Shown here: one piece after another, positions 51,373 to 64,000 of the stretch | Numbering within the stretch: position 1 is the stretch's first letter | Layout of the letters: each line of letters begins with the position of its first letter | From: Lytechinus pictus | Lineage: Eukaryota | DNA length: 64,000 nt | Reading direction: 5' to 3' | Assembly: GCF_037042905.1 (NCBI RefSeq) | Contig: NC_087246.1 | Span: 49,538,001 to 49,602,000, forward strand | The notes under the pieces: model-generated | Database searches by the model: none | What the model was told of the DNA's origin: nothing | The model's input: the letters and a program-made list of their open reading frames with translations, nothing else | Position numbers and translations under genes: made by a program

Positions 51373-53834
51373 TTTGATGAAGAAAAATTCAATGAAGAAT
51401 TGAATAAAATCGAGTGGAATGAATCTGAAGAATATGTTGAAAATCTTTGGAACAACTTCAAATCTATCTTTATGAAAATAAGTGATAAACACGCCCCATA
51501 CGTTACAGTACGTCTCAAACAAACAGGTGTACCGTGGATCAATAATGAATACATCCTGTTAGCCAGACAACGGGATTATTTCCATAGAACATTTTATAAA
51601 ACCAAAAACCATCAATGCTGGGAAAAATTTAAATATTTCCGCAATAAAGCAAATAATCTGAATAAAAGGATTTTTACCAAAACGAGTTGAAGAAATGTGG
51701 AAATGATGTTCGCCAAAATTGGCGAATACTTAAACAATTATTACCAGGTAAATAAGAAATAGGAGGAGTGAAGATAGTTAAAGATGACGTATTAATTACA
51801 GACAAAAATATTATAGTTGACCTTTTGAACAATTAATTTAATGAATTTGCAATGAACCTATATAGCACAAGGTACTCAGGTTTCTAAAAATAATATTAAT
51901 AGTATGAATACATTATTGTTCCAAACTGATAAACGCTTCGTTTTTTAAGAAATAAAAGAAGAGTTTGTACTAAAAGAACTGCAAAATATTGATATAAAAG
52001 AGCATCTGGGATTGATGGTCTGCATCTTAAATTATTAAAAAAATCTGCCCTCCATATCGCCAAACCGCTTACAAGATTTTTTAATACGTCGCTCCAAACC
52101 GGTAGAATTCCAAAAGAATCTAAGAAAGCGAAGATCACACCAATTCACAAAGGGGGTACTTTTGGACCAAAGAATTACAGACCAATTTCGCTTCTACCGA
52201 CACTATCTAAAATACAAGAAAAAACAGTCCATCAACAACTTTATGCTTATCTAAATAAAAATGACCGCCTATGCGATTGTCAGTCTGGTTTCAGGCCTCT
52301 TCATTCGACATCTACCTGTTTGACAGAAATAGTTGATTTTATCTTGAATAACGTGAACTCTGGTAGAATAACAGGGGGTCTGTTCTTAGACCTATAGAAG
52401 GCGTTCGATGTAATCCCTATAGATTTGATTCTTGACAAGATGTAGTATTATGGTATAAAAGACTCTGAACTGCAATGGTTTAAAATGTATTTGATTGAAA
52501 GACAACATTGTGTTTCAATAAAAGGAACAACAAGTTCCTTTTTAAATGTAAAGACAGGTGTCCCTCAAGGGTCCATACTTGGGCCCCTGATTTTTTGTTT
52601 ATATGTCAATGATTTAGGAAACTTACCCTTGCATAAAAACACAAAACTCTGTTTATATGCAGATGATACTACTGTCTTTAATAGCGACAATACAATTATT
52701 AACATACAAAGAAATTTACAATCCGATCTGGACTTAATTGCCAAATGGCTCAAAATAATCGAATGTATTTACACCCACAAAAGACTAAGATCATGATTTT
52801 CGGTAATAAACGTAAATTACAAAATAATACAAACACGATAAAATTTGAGAATACAACTTTGGAACATGTTGATAATATTAAATACCAATAGGAATCATTT
52901 TCGACTCTCAATTAAGCTGCATGGTCTTTGCATATACAATACATATCTTGTAAAATATCACGCTCTATATCGCTTGCATAAGAAGAATAAACACTTAATC
53001 AACAGAAATCAATTAAAACAGTTATACTTTGCGCTTATATTGTCATATATTGACTATTGTTGTACAGCATGGGGAAATTGTTCAAAAAGTAATATAACCC
53101 GATTATAGAAATTGCAGAATAGATATGCTCGCTTGGTTTTGAATACAAATTATTCAACTTCACAATGTTCTTTGTTAACTACACTCGACTGGCAATCCGT
53201 TGAACAGAAGATTAAATACCAACAATGTATTCTAATTTACAAAATTTGGAATGATTCTGCACCAAAATACTTGAAACCACTATTTGTTATACGACCCATT
53301 GTTTATAATACTAGACATTCCGCCCAAAATCGTTTACAAATACCATACCCTAAATCTGAATACAAAAAAAGATCATTTATCATTCACTGCAAATTCTATT
53401 TTCAATAAGTTACCATTGTCCGTACAAAACTCTAAGTCCCTAAATAACTTCAAAAATTTTGCAAAACTTTCATTAACATGCTCTAACTTTACAACCTGGC
53501 CTAGTTTGGGAGGGAGGGGGTATACCACGTGCAGCCACACTTAATTATGGTTTTGTTTATATTCATATTTATATTTATATTTGTGTTTTTGTTTATGTTT
53601 TCATTTTTTTATTTTAATTATGATTTGTGTTATGTTCTCTATTTCATTATATTCATTTTCTGTTATTCGTTCATTTACTATGTATGTGTTCTGATATTGA
53701 TTTATCATGTTTATGTTTCTTTTTATTCGTGGAGGGCTCCGTTGTAAAACATTTTTTTAACTGAACCGGACTACCCTCCACTGTTCTTTTTATCGAATTT
53801 TGTTAAATAAAACATGAATGAATAAATAAATAAA
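51373..53834 (+). mobile_element. 5'-truncated, decayed non-LTR retrotransposon (CR1/L2 group, Crack/Daphne-like) ORF2
   Basis: Fragments DKHAP..PWIN, ASGIDGL, PIHKGG..NYRPISLLP, QSGFR..HST, DL*KAFD, GVPQGSILGP, YADDT, IDYCCTAWGN, LQNRYARLV. Several stops and frameshifts. 3' tail aataaa..(tgaa)(taaa)n. Confidence 0.92.
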
Positions 53835-55459
53835 TTTTATCCCCTAACACTTTATTCCCACTTCCATCGTTTTCCTATCTCCCCCCTCTGACTCTTTCCT
53901 GTATTCATTTTCGATATCTTTACCCCCTACTTTATTCCTACTTCCACCGTTTTCCTATCTCCCCCTCTCTGACTCTTTTTTTCCCTGTATTCATTTTCTA
54001 TATCTTTACCCCCTACTTTATTCCCACTTCCACCGTTTTCCTATCTCCCCCTCTCTGACTATTTCCTTCATTTATTTTCTATATCTTTACCCCCTACTTT
54101 ATTCCCACTTCCACCGTTTTCCTATCTCCCCCTCTCTAACTCTTTCCTTTATTCATTTTCTATATCTTTATCCCCTAACACTTTATTCCTACTTCCACCG
54201 TTTTCCTATCTCCCCCTCTCTATCTCTTTCCTTTATTCATTTTCTATATCTTTACCCCTACTTTATTCCCACTTCCACCGTTTTCCTATCTCCCCCTCTC
54301 TGACTCTTTTTTTCCTGTATTCATTTTCTATATCTTTACCCCCTACTTTATTCCCACTTCCACCGTTTTCCTATCTCCCCCTCTCTAACTCTTTCCTTTA
54401 TTCATTTTCTATATCTTTACCCCCTACTTTATTCCCACTTCCACCGTTTTCCTATCTCCCCCTCTCTAACTCTTTCCTTTATTCATTTTCTATATCTTTA
54501 TCCCCTAACACTTTATTCCTACTTCCACCGTTTTCCTATCTCCCCCTCTCTATCTCTTTCCTTTATTCATTTTCTATATCTTTACCCCCTACTTTATTCC
54601 CACTTCCACCGTTTTCCTATCTCCCCCTCTCTGACTCTTTTTTTTTCCTTTATTCATTTTCTATATCTTTACCCCCTACTTTATTCCTACTTCCACCGTT
54701 TTCCTATCTCCCCCTCTCTGACTCTTTTTTTTCCTCTATTCATTTTCTATATCTTTACCCCCTACTTTATTCCCACTTCCACCGTTTTCCTATCTCCCCC
54801 TCTCTGACTATTTCCTTCATTTATTTTCTATATCTTTACCCCCTACTTTATTCCCACTTCCACCGTTTTCCTATCTCCCCCTCTCTAACTCTTTCCTTTA
54901 TTCATTTTCTATATCTTTATCCCCTAACACTTTATTCCTACTTCCACCGTTTTCCTATCTCCCCCTCTCTATCTCTTTCCTTCATTTATTTTCTATATCT
55001 TTACCCCCTACTTTATTCCCACTTCCACCGTTTTCCTATCTCCCCCTCTCTGACTCTTTTTTTTCCTGTATTCATTTTCTATATCTTTACCCCCTACTTT
55101 ATTCCCACTTCCATCGTTTTCCTATCTCCCCCTCTCTGACTCTTTCCTTCATTTATTTTCTATATCTTTACCTCCTACTTTATTCCCACTTCCACCGTTT
55201 TCCTACCCCCCCTCTCTAACTCTTTCCTTTATTCATTTTCTATATCTTTATCCCCTTACACCATATTCCTACTTCCACCGTTTTCCTATCTCTCCCTCTC
55301 TGTCTCTTTCCTTTATTCATTTTCTATATCTTTATCCCCTTACACTTACTTCCACGGCCGTTTTCCTATCTCTCCTTCTCTAACTCTTTCCATTATTAAT
55401 TTTCTGTATATTTATCCCCTACTTTATTCCCACTTCCAACGTTTTCCTATCTTCCCCTC

Positions 55460-57515
55460 CATGGGCGGAAATCCCAGGGGGGACAGGGGGGACGTGTCCC
55501 CCCTACCAAAAATAGTAGGGGGGGGGACACAATATCAAATGTCCCCCTACTATTTTTGGTCTTTTATGATGAAGAAAATTGCATCATTCACATTCGAAAT
55601 AATACATGTATTTTGGACTAAATGACCTTACATTTTGGGTGAAAACCTTCTTTTTTTTTTGGGGGGGGGGCTTGTCAAATTTTCCAGAGTGACTAAAATA
55701 AGATGAGGGGAAGACTTGGAAAATTAAAAGAATCTTTCATGTCACTATATGAAATTTTCGCTCGCGCTTCGCGCTCGCATTGCCTGTCAGGTAATTTTTC
55801 AATATGGAGCTTAAATATCAAGTTTGGAAGTCAATAAACATTACACATTTCACCTCGGAAATCGAACTTTCATTATTTTGTGAGATTTACAATTAATTGG
55901 CGATTTATGTATGTCTCAATATTGATTTTCATGACAGTTTATCAAAGATTTTGGCTCGCGATGTGCGCTCGCATTAATGGTTAAAAAATATTTTGACTGA
56001 TGCATTCTATTCATAATTACAAAATTACTTGAAATGTCCAGTTTTCAGGCCATAATATCATCAGATTTCTCGCCCTCATTATGCATTAATAAATAAGATA
56101 TTAATAATTTAACGATTAAATTGTCCCTTTTATTTCATCTCGCGCTTAGCAAGAGGAATAGGAAGATAGTCATCATTTTCATATGACATGTCCCAAGGAT
56201 GTCCCGGTCCTATGTCAAAACTCAAATAACAATGAAAAATATCAGCTCTTTGTTAAGTGCGATCCATATCCGACTCACAATTTTCCTACAAAGTGCTTGA
56301 AATATATATAGCTGAAATGGACTCTTTTTCAGATTTTTCATAAGAGAGGTGTAGAATGCCTAGATTCTAGGTGTAAATCTGAAACACGCGCATGTTTATT
56401 CAGATATTCAACTTGTTCTCTATTTAAATCATTATCCAGTTTCAGATCACAATATAAAAAAATTTCTGCTCGCGCTTTGTGCTCGCATTATTAATGTAGA
56501 AAGATCCCCTATTACTCATCCTTTTTATGATTTACAAAACATGAATAGAGTGTCCCGTTTTTAGATCTAAATCTCGAGTTTTTCTGCTCGCGCTTCGCTT
56601 GCATTATTGGTTAGTTATATAGCTACCCTGTGTACACGACTACGAAAATTGATTAAAATTTTCGATTCTTTTTGTAGAAATGTCAACAATTTTCAGCTCG
56701 CGATTCGCGCTAGCATTATTTGATTGTTGAAATATGTAACGTCTTCATGGCTAAGTGCAAGCAGTCCTTAACAAGTACCTTTTCGATCAGTTCAAATAAA
56801 AAAAACATTTTATGGCTGCACTTTGCACTCGCATTATTAATGTAAGGACCGGGTGTAAGGTAGGCTCCCAATTACTCATCCTTTTCATGATTTACAAAAC
56901 ATTAATAGAGTGTCTCGTTCTTGGGTCTAAATCTCAAAATTTTCCGCTCGCGCTTCGCGTTCGCATTAATTGTTTAGTTATATACCTATTATATGTTTCA
57001 GTTACAAAAAGTGCTTAGAATTTCCATTCTTTAGGCAAAAATTTCAAAAAAATTTAAACTCGCGCTTCGCGCTCGCATTATTTGATTGTTGAAATATGTA
57101 ACGTATTCATGGCTAGCCTTTTCCATCAGTTGTCATCTGCTCGCACTTCGCGTTCGAAGTAATTATTTCGTTGCATATACATCTTTTTCAGGATAACAAA
57201 CATTGCCCAGAATGTTCAAATTTTAGGAAAAAATACATAAAATCCCCCCAAAAAAAAATTTGCTCGCGCTTCGCGCTCTTATTGTATAGATAGGCCTAAG
57301 TATTATGATATTATATATTTATGTTGAATTATAAGAATAAAGCTAAAAAGTGGCCATGGGGACTACTCCTTCAATGAAACAAACAAAAATCATCTTCGAG
57401 CGGCCGATCGGGGATTAACATATGGCTGGAAAAAAAAATTCCCCCCCCCCCCATTAGCGAAGGCTGGATCCGCCCTGTTGTCCCCCCTACCTTTCGGGAC
57501 AGATTTCCGCCCATG
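55460..57515. mobile_element. Non-autonomous hAT-like element, 2056 bp
   Basis: TIRs catgggcggaaatc / gatttccgcccatg. Exact 8-bp TSD TTCCCCTC (55452-55459, 57516-57523). Internal ctcgcgcttcgcgctcgcatt repeats. Confidence 0.85.
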
Positions 57516-58852
57516 TTCCCCTCTCAAACTCTTTCCTTTATTCATTTTCAATATCTTTCCCCCCTAACACTTTATTCCCACTTCCAACGTTTTCCTATCT
57601 CCCCTCTTTAACACTTTCCTTCATTTATTTTCTATATCTTTATCCCCTATAACACTTTATTCCTATACTTCCAACGTTTTCCTATCTCCCCTCTCTAACT
57701 CTTTCCTTCATTTATTTTCTATGTATTCATCCCCTTACACTTTATTCCTATACTTCCACCGTTTTCCTATTTCTCCCTCTCTGACTCTTTCCTTTATTCA
57801 TTTTCTATATCTTTATCCCCTTACACTTACTTCCACGGCCGTTTTCCTATCTCTCCTTCTCTAACTCTTTCCATTATTAATTTTCTGTATATTTATCCCC
57901 TACTTTATTCCCACTTCCAACGTTTTCCTATCTTCCCCTCTCAAACTCTTTCCTTTATTCATTTTCCGTATATTTATCCCCTAACACTTTATTCCCAATT
58001 ACTAATTACACCGTTTTCCTATCTCTCTCATTCTTCCTTTTTTTCCATTTTCTATAGCTACATGAATTTCCCTTTCCAGGCTCTTATACATTCCGGCTAT
58101 TTCCCCTCTCTTCCTAATACCTCAGTCACATTACCCCTACGGCGGCCCGGTACGGCGATTTGAAAACAGCCGTTTTATTCATTTTTTTTTTAATTTAAAC
58201 CACCTAAATGTCCCTTTCCCTTACCCCTTTTCCCTTCCTTCTCTTCGAAATTCTTCCTTTGGGCTTTTCCTTCTCCACAATTTCCTAATTCTCTCTCTCC
58301 TTCTCTTTTCCCTTCTCCTTTTTTTATTTTTTGCGAGGTGAGCCGAAGTCCCTCTTCCTCTGGATCCGCGTCTGGTATATAATGCTTCAATATATATCAT
58401 GTCCACGAGTACAATTTTTAATGTGAAAGCCAGTGGATGAAATATTTCTATGTATTTAGTCTAATAAATTGAAATAAAATTTCACCTAAAAATTCCCCGA
58501 GAGATGGATTTCGGCCAAGCTCTTCCGAAATACCCTTTGACATATTAACATAGGCTTTGCAGACAGACCTTTTTAGCACTAAAATTAAAAATGCGTGTTT
58601 TAGAAAACAGATTGCATTTACATTGTTAGCAGAAACGGCTGGGGCGCGCCGTGTGAAGTACATGACGCAGATGATAATAGATAAACTGTGCAGCGCCAGT
58701 GCAGTGTATGTGAGGACCAGTACCGCAACATTTTAGTTTTCCTGTCTTTTCGTCCAAAGATCGCCTTCAAATACTCAAATGAACAACTGGCATATATGCT
58801 AACTACCATATTGTGAAATTGGCCCCAGGATAAAGCCTAAAACAGCGGGAAA

Positions 58853-61800
58853 ATGGAACGAAAAACTGAACTTTCTATAGATCTAGACGGACTTCGTGTA
58901 ACGAGAAGTCGAAGAGCTGCAGCAGCAGCGGCAGCCGCCAATGCCAATGGCAATGGCACTGAAAGTATGACTATAAGTATGAATTCATTTACATCCACTA
59001 CTCAGACCACGTCAACTGCAACTGCAGCCAGTGTCTGTAATACATCAACATCTAAAACTACTAGTTCGAGGATATCAACTAATTCAAATACTGGGAATGA
59101 TTCCACAATCCCTAGGAAACGAGTGAAGCGGAATCCTCTATTGAAGAATGTGTTTTTGGGTGTCCGTGATTCTCAACATGGAAAGCGCCCATTCAAATCT
59201 GCCACAGAGGTTCGGGGATTTCCACATCTTTTGGCTTTCGCAATACATCATCTCATTGATATTTTGTTTGTTAATGTTCATGTTTTTTTATTACTATTAG
59301 ACATGTTGAATTTAATTGTCATGCCAAGTGTTTGTTTCATTAATTTCATGTTTGATATTTTGTTAATTTAGAGCCTGTCGGCCGGGTTTTTTTTAATCCC
59401 CAAAAAGTGCATACCGGTATTTGACTGCATATGCCCTTATGATGTGAATGATTTTAAAAATGTATTGTATCAGATAACTTTACAGAGTTTACATTAAAAT
59501 GTATTTCAGTTGGGTGCGAGAACATACAGTAATAAAATATCTGCGCATCGAGTTTACAGAAAACCCCTTTTCAATCATCGAATGGGCTAAAAATTTCAGG
59601 GTAGGCCTTCTGTCATTAGCTTTCTTATAATAACCAATTACTAAAGCCAAGGGCTGTTTTGAATGATATTTAAAAATGAGAGATGCCAAATTTAAATTCT
59701 AACAGCAGAGAACATGACAAATTTAAATTTCAATAGCTGAAGAATTAATTTATGGCTACTAATTTGTAATGTTGGAATGTCAGATGATACATGTACTTTA
59801 GTGACCCTTTACCAAATCTTTCCATGGACCTAGGCTAAGAAACAAAGTTTTTAATTGGTGTTGACCTCAAAGATGAAAAAAACATTCAAATGTGAATTTC
59901 AGGCAAGGATTTTTACATTAATATTAGATTTTGAGATAAGAATATGGTACTGATGAACTGCAGATTTTTCACATCAAAGCTTAATTTTTGAAAAAATATA
60001 TTTCCAATCTTGGCATGGGAAATTGATCTTGATATCAAAGATTATGTGATAAAAGAAATATCTGTAGTTTCCACTTAATATCTAATGAAGAATTAGGATA
60101 AATTATTATTAAAACTTCTCGTCAAAAATCTAAGCAAGATGCATTAGTATTTATCTACTCAAAATATTGTTATCAATTTTGCCCATTCAGTTGGTATTTA
60201 GAAATTTACATGTAATGAGTAAAATATGTAGACAAATTCAGAATCTTAATGCCAATATTTATTATTAGAGCAAGAAACTGGTCAGGATATCTTTTGAATT
60301 CCAAAATACTATCCAGGAAGAGCTCAGGCTGAAATGGCCTCATGTCAGTTGAGGTCAATTAAATATAATAAGAAAATTAAAATTTTACTCAAGATTACAT
60401 AATTTGAGAAAAATATATATTTCATGAAATCTGTTCAGTACATGTATGTAACAGGTATCTTGTAATTTAAATTCTCCACCTAAAATTTACCCCCCCCCAA
60501 AAAAAAAGAAAGAAAGAAATTGAAGGAAGGAGATGGAAGAAAGAAAGGAAGAAAAGCATTAACCAAAAAAAAAATGGATGTGGGTTGTTTTACCATCAGG
60601 GTATACCTTCAAGGGAAAGTCTTCTTTACATTAATATATAAAAAATGTGTTCTGTAATGTTGAATCTATGATGGCAAGCTATTGGGCACTGTTAGAGCAA
60701 CGTACAAAAAAGTTCTTGAATTACATGTTTTTTCTCAATATTGACCATTATATCTGTCATTATAGGTCCAAAATTACTGTGGTTTTTTTTTGGTGCTCAT
60801 GCATCCGAATTGTTTATTGAAATGTGAAACCCCAAGATCTGCCAAACGATGTTTAAGAATATTTAGAAAACAGATAGACTACATACAGCAGAATGATAAT
60901 ACTTGCATGGTAACTACATGTACTTTTTGCACAAAAATTAGCCCTTGAAAAAAGATACAAACCCAAAACTGTAAAATTAATGATATCCCCTAAAAATAGG
61001 GGATCATTTCCTTCCCTGTGTTCTAATATTAAGAATGATCATTCTCTGATTTACTTTCTTTAGCTCCACTCTGAGCTCCTGATTAATTCCTTTAATAAGA
61101 TGCTCTAGTAGTTTGAATTATCATCTGAATTTCCTTTCTTCAGCTTAATCGTGAGCTCCTAATGAGCTCTTTTTATGAGATGCTTAAAAACTATTATCTA
61201 AAATGTCCTTTCTTCAGCTTCCTTGTGGGCTCCCGAGTTCCTGTGAGCTCCTTTTATGAGATGCTCTAGTACTTTGAATTACCGTTCTCTTAATGTCCTT
61301 TCTTCAGCTCCCACGTGAGCTCCTGATGAGCTCTTTTTATGAGATGCTTAAAAAGCTATTCTCTAAAATTTCCTTTCTTCAGCTTCTTTGTAATAAAATT
61401 CCCGAGTTCATGTGAGCTCCTTTTATGAGATGCTCTAGTACTTTGAATTATCCTTCACTTCCTTTCTCCAGCTCCCTCGTGAGCTCCTGATGAGTTGTGA
61501 GAGCAGGATCGGTCTTGTGCAGCCATCCTCCAACACTCAGAGCCCGTCTGCTGCTAATCCTACCATCCCTATCATTGCTGCCGAACTGTCGGAAGCAGCC
61601 AAGAGTCTACTGAACACCAACCCAGAGTTGCAGCAGTACTACCTCTGTCTCAAGTTGCTCAAGGTAGGGTAATGGGCTGCGCATCGTCGAACCTCTAGAT
61701 ATATCCCATTAAGATTGTTATTATATGGTGATATTATCTATGGATGTTTTCTCTTTAATGGCACAGTCACTTTTTCCTACGGCAGCCGTAGGGCTAGTAA

Positions 61801-63070
61801 AAAAAAACCGTTATAACATTTTTTGTATCAGCTATATATAGGGGGTTTGAATGAAAATAAAAGTGATATTTTCTACTTGCTGTATGACCCCTGTAGGGGA
61901 AATGTGACTGCAGCATAACCAATCAACAAAACACTGATTTGCATACTTTAAAAAAGTGCAGTATTATGTGTATCTCATTATTTTTATATAAAAATGGATT
62001 GTAACATTTATTCTTTGTTAATTTTCACTGAAGCTTCATTAATATGTTCCCTTTACTTTCTGGTTTTATGGAAACCGACAATATCAGGGTGAATGCCCCT
62101 TTTACGTCTCTGTTATTATGTATTCAGGATGTTGGTTGGAAATCGTGGGCGTGTTACACAGACAGAATTGATAATGTGATTTGATTATAGCAGTACCTCG
62201 ATTGAGGATCGAGACTTTGCATGTATTACCGAATATTACCACATGCATTTGAATATTTTTTCCCTCTTGTTTTTCTTCGGTCTCCAGAAAGTAACACAGA
62301 AGCTTATGTCTGAGTCAACAATTGAGTATCCTACTGATAGTGGTAAATTTAAGGAAAGCAAGACCATTAATGCGGAAATATTCTTACTGTTTGGTGGTGT
62401 TGAGGTAAGTCTACAGCCAACCTAGTATAAGTTGACCTCTCTTTTAATATACATGTATGTGAGAATTTTCCTTTGTTTCTGAGCAATTCTTCAGACCACA
62501 CGTTTGAAGCAGTACTTATCTTTATTGTGTAAAAAGTATAAGCCATTTTTCAGTTCAGCATATATGACCTTCATCCGAGACAAAATCTAAAATCTCATTG
62601 TTTCATTCCACCAATCAAGGTAACCGTTGACCTTCTCCTTCAACCGCACTTCTACAAGAAAAAACAGAAGAAAAAGTTGGCAACAAGCAGTGAGAGCAAG
62701 GAATCTAAAGCTGATGAGGAGAAACCCTCTACAAGTGACACACCAGAAACGTCTACCACAACCACTCCTGAAGCAGCAACATCAACAGAAACCACTCCAC
62801 CAGCAGCAACAGATGATGCAGCATCAACAGCAACTGAAGCTGCTGCTGCAGCATCAACAACTGAAACTGAAGCAGAAGCAACAGAGATGGATGACCCTCC
62901 GCCAGCTTCGTCAACAGCCACACCATCAACAGCCACATCATCGTCGGCTGCAGCATCGTCCACGGTAACGACATCAGCATCATCCACTCAGCAGGCATCA
63001 GGATCATTTCAGTTCCGCCTGGTCCGAGACAGTTACAGTGCTGGTAGTTCGGGTCACCCAGCATCACAAG
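58853..63070 (+). CDS. TRPC4AP: Short transient receptor potential channel 4-associated protein (TRUSS, CRL4-DDB1 substrate receptor), 5' partial; join(58853..59209,61472..61663,62288..62404,62620..63070), continuing beyond the window
   Basis: NVFLGVRDSQHG aligns to the recalled human H-box NILLQLRQGQLTG. IPIIAAEL aligns to IPQLLLKL. CLKLLKKVTQKLMSE..NAEIFLLFGGVE|VTVDLLLQP aligns to CQNILKEISPLLSME..NTYIFDLFGGVDLLVEILMRP. Introns 1-3 are GT-AG phase 0. The exon 4 donor is less certain. Confidence 0.8.
61051..61494 (+). repeat. Tandem array of duplicated TRPC4AP intron1/exon2 junctions (6 copies, ~164-bp dimer period)
   Basis: tcctttcttcag|ct..gtgagctcct repeated with AGs at 61062, 61142, 61216, 61306, 61381 and 61470. 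Confidence 0.9.
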
Positions 63071-63549
63071 GTACATTGAAATGACAGTGATTGTTGATGA
63101 TGTATCTTGAGAGTGGACATATAGATCTAGTTTACTGTGATTTGCCCATCATTGTTGACTATGTGAATGATTGTGATAATAATGTAGGTGATGATTGAGG
63201 ATGGTAAATAAGATATAAAATATAAGATAAGATATAGAAGGAGGGTGAAGGTCAAGTAGGTCAATATATCCTTAAAAAATTAAACAACTTGCCCTTATAA
63301 TAACGAAAGAAAAATTCAGGGGTTAGACTTCATAATCTTCTCATGTATGCATATGATGGACATTGCATTGTTTTATTTGGGTCACAAGGTCAAATGTGAA
63401 AGCAGTTATTACTCACTGTTACAGTCACTTGTAGATGCACTGGGTAAATAAGAATTTACCTTGATTTATATTGGTGATATGATTATTCAATTGAAATTTT
63501 GTCAACATTTTAGATGTGGGGTGTGTTATATATTTTGGTTTATTTTCAA

Positions 63550-63931
63550 TTGGTCTAATGCCATTTCGTCCATTTACCAACTTATCTACTATCATTCGGT
63601 CTACCATCAGTTCGTCCACTATCCTATTGGTCTAACTGCCATTTCGTCCACTCACCATTTTATCTAATAACCTGTCGGGCCAATAGCCATTTAGTCCATA
63701 TACCATTTGGTCTAAATAGACAATGTTAAAATGAATGGAAATAAAATGGATATTAAACCAACTGGTTATGAGACAAAATTGTTATAGACGAACTGGTTAT
63801 GAGACAAAGTTATGATTCAACCAATCCAAATGGTTATTGGGCCAAATGGTTGTTTGACAAAATGTTAATGGACAGAATGGCATTAGACTAAATGAAGGTA
63901 GACCATGTGATGAGTGGACGAATTGGCAATA
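63550..63931. mobile_element. Foldback-like MITE in a TRPC4AP intron
   Basis: tgccatttcgtccactca versus tgagtggacgaattggca. Repeated ttggtcta / tagac modules in inverted orientation. Confidence 0.55.
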
Positions 63932-64000
63932 TTACATACCATATTTTTTCAATATCTGTACATGTTAATTATCATTTATGTCATTGAATATAATTATTAT

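Larger units (their letters stand above)
51210..58030. repeat. Pyrimidine-rich ~76-80-bp minisatellite, split into three blocks (about 51210-51372, 53835-55459, 57516-58030)
   Basis: Unit ctttattcccacttccaccgttttcctatctccccctctctaactctttcctttattcattttctatatctttaccccta. Confidence 0.92.

Noticed and set aside
61320-61355. Hammerhead ribozyme (CTGATGA core in a tandem repeat)
   Set aside because: No GAAA follows the candidate stem II. CTGATGAG is simply the Leu-Met-Ser codons of the duplicated exon start.
21693-63070. U12-type or non-canonical introns, and intronic snoRNAs or tRNAs
   Set aside because: All reconstructed donors are ordinary GT types without the RTATCCTT consensus. No RNA gene was recognisable by eye; a covariance-model search would be needed to exclude them.
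62627-63076. Poly-Gln and antisense ORFs overlapping TRPC4AP exon 4
   Set aside because: These are shadow frames of low-complexity GCA/ACA codons.

Overview
This is AT-rich, intron-containing metazoan genomic DNA. The gene structures and dense MITE landscape suggest a marine invertebrate, probably a sea urchin (inference, not verified). Five protein-coding loci can be reconstructed by hand: a single-exon PRRT3/PRRT4-like multi-pass membrane protein (858-1889 +), an intronless TSSK4-like testis kinase (14287-15234 +), CHMP1A (7 exons, minus strand, 29592-21693, 205 aa), NOB1 (8 exons, plus strand, 29807-45424, 500 aa; its ATG is 214 bp from the CHMP1A ATG, head-to-head), and the first four exons of TRPC4AP/TRUSS (58853 to window end). 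The rest is mostly non-autonomous DNA transposons (hAT-, Kolobok-, piggyBac-, Tc1- and Helentron-like, often nested), one decayed LINE, and micro/minisatellites. I found no prokaryote-type system, CRISPR array, rRNA or tRNA, and cannot claim a new multi-gene system. The most unusual features are: five tandem stop-leading copies of the TRPC4AP exon-2 splice acceptor; a (GTAA)n array of decoy splice donors and a dead exon duplicate in CHMP1A; a hAT-like element carrying a 110-bp higher-order satellite in NOB1 intron 1; and a hairpin-ended element bounded by 15-bp direct repeats. All protein family assignments are from recalled motifs, not database searches.
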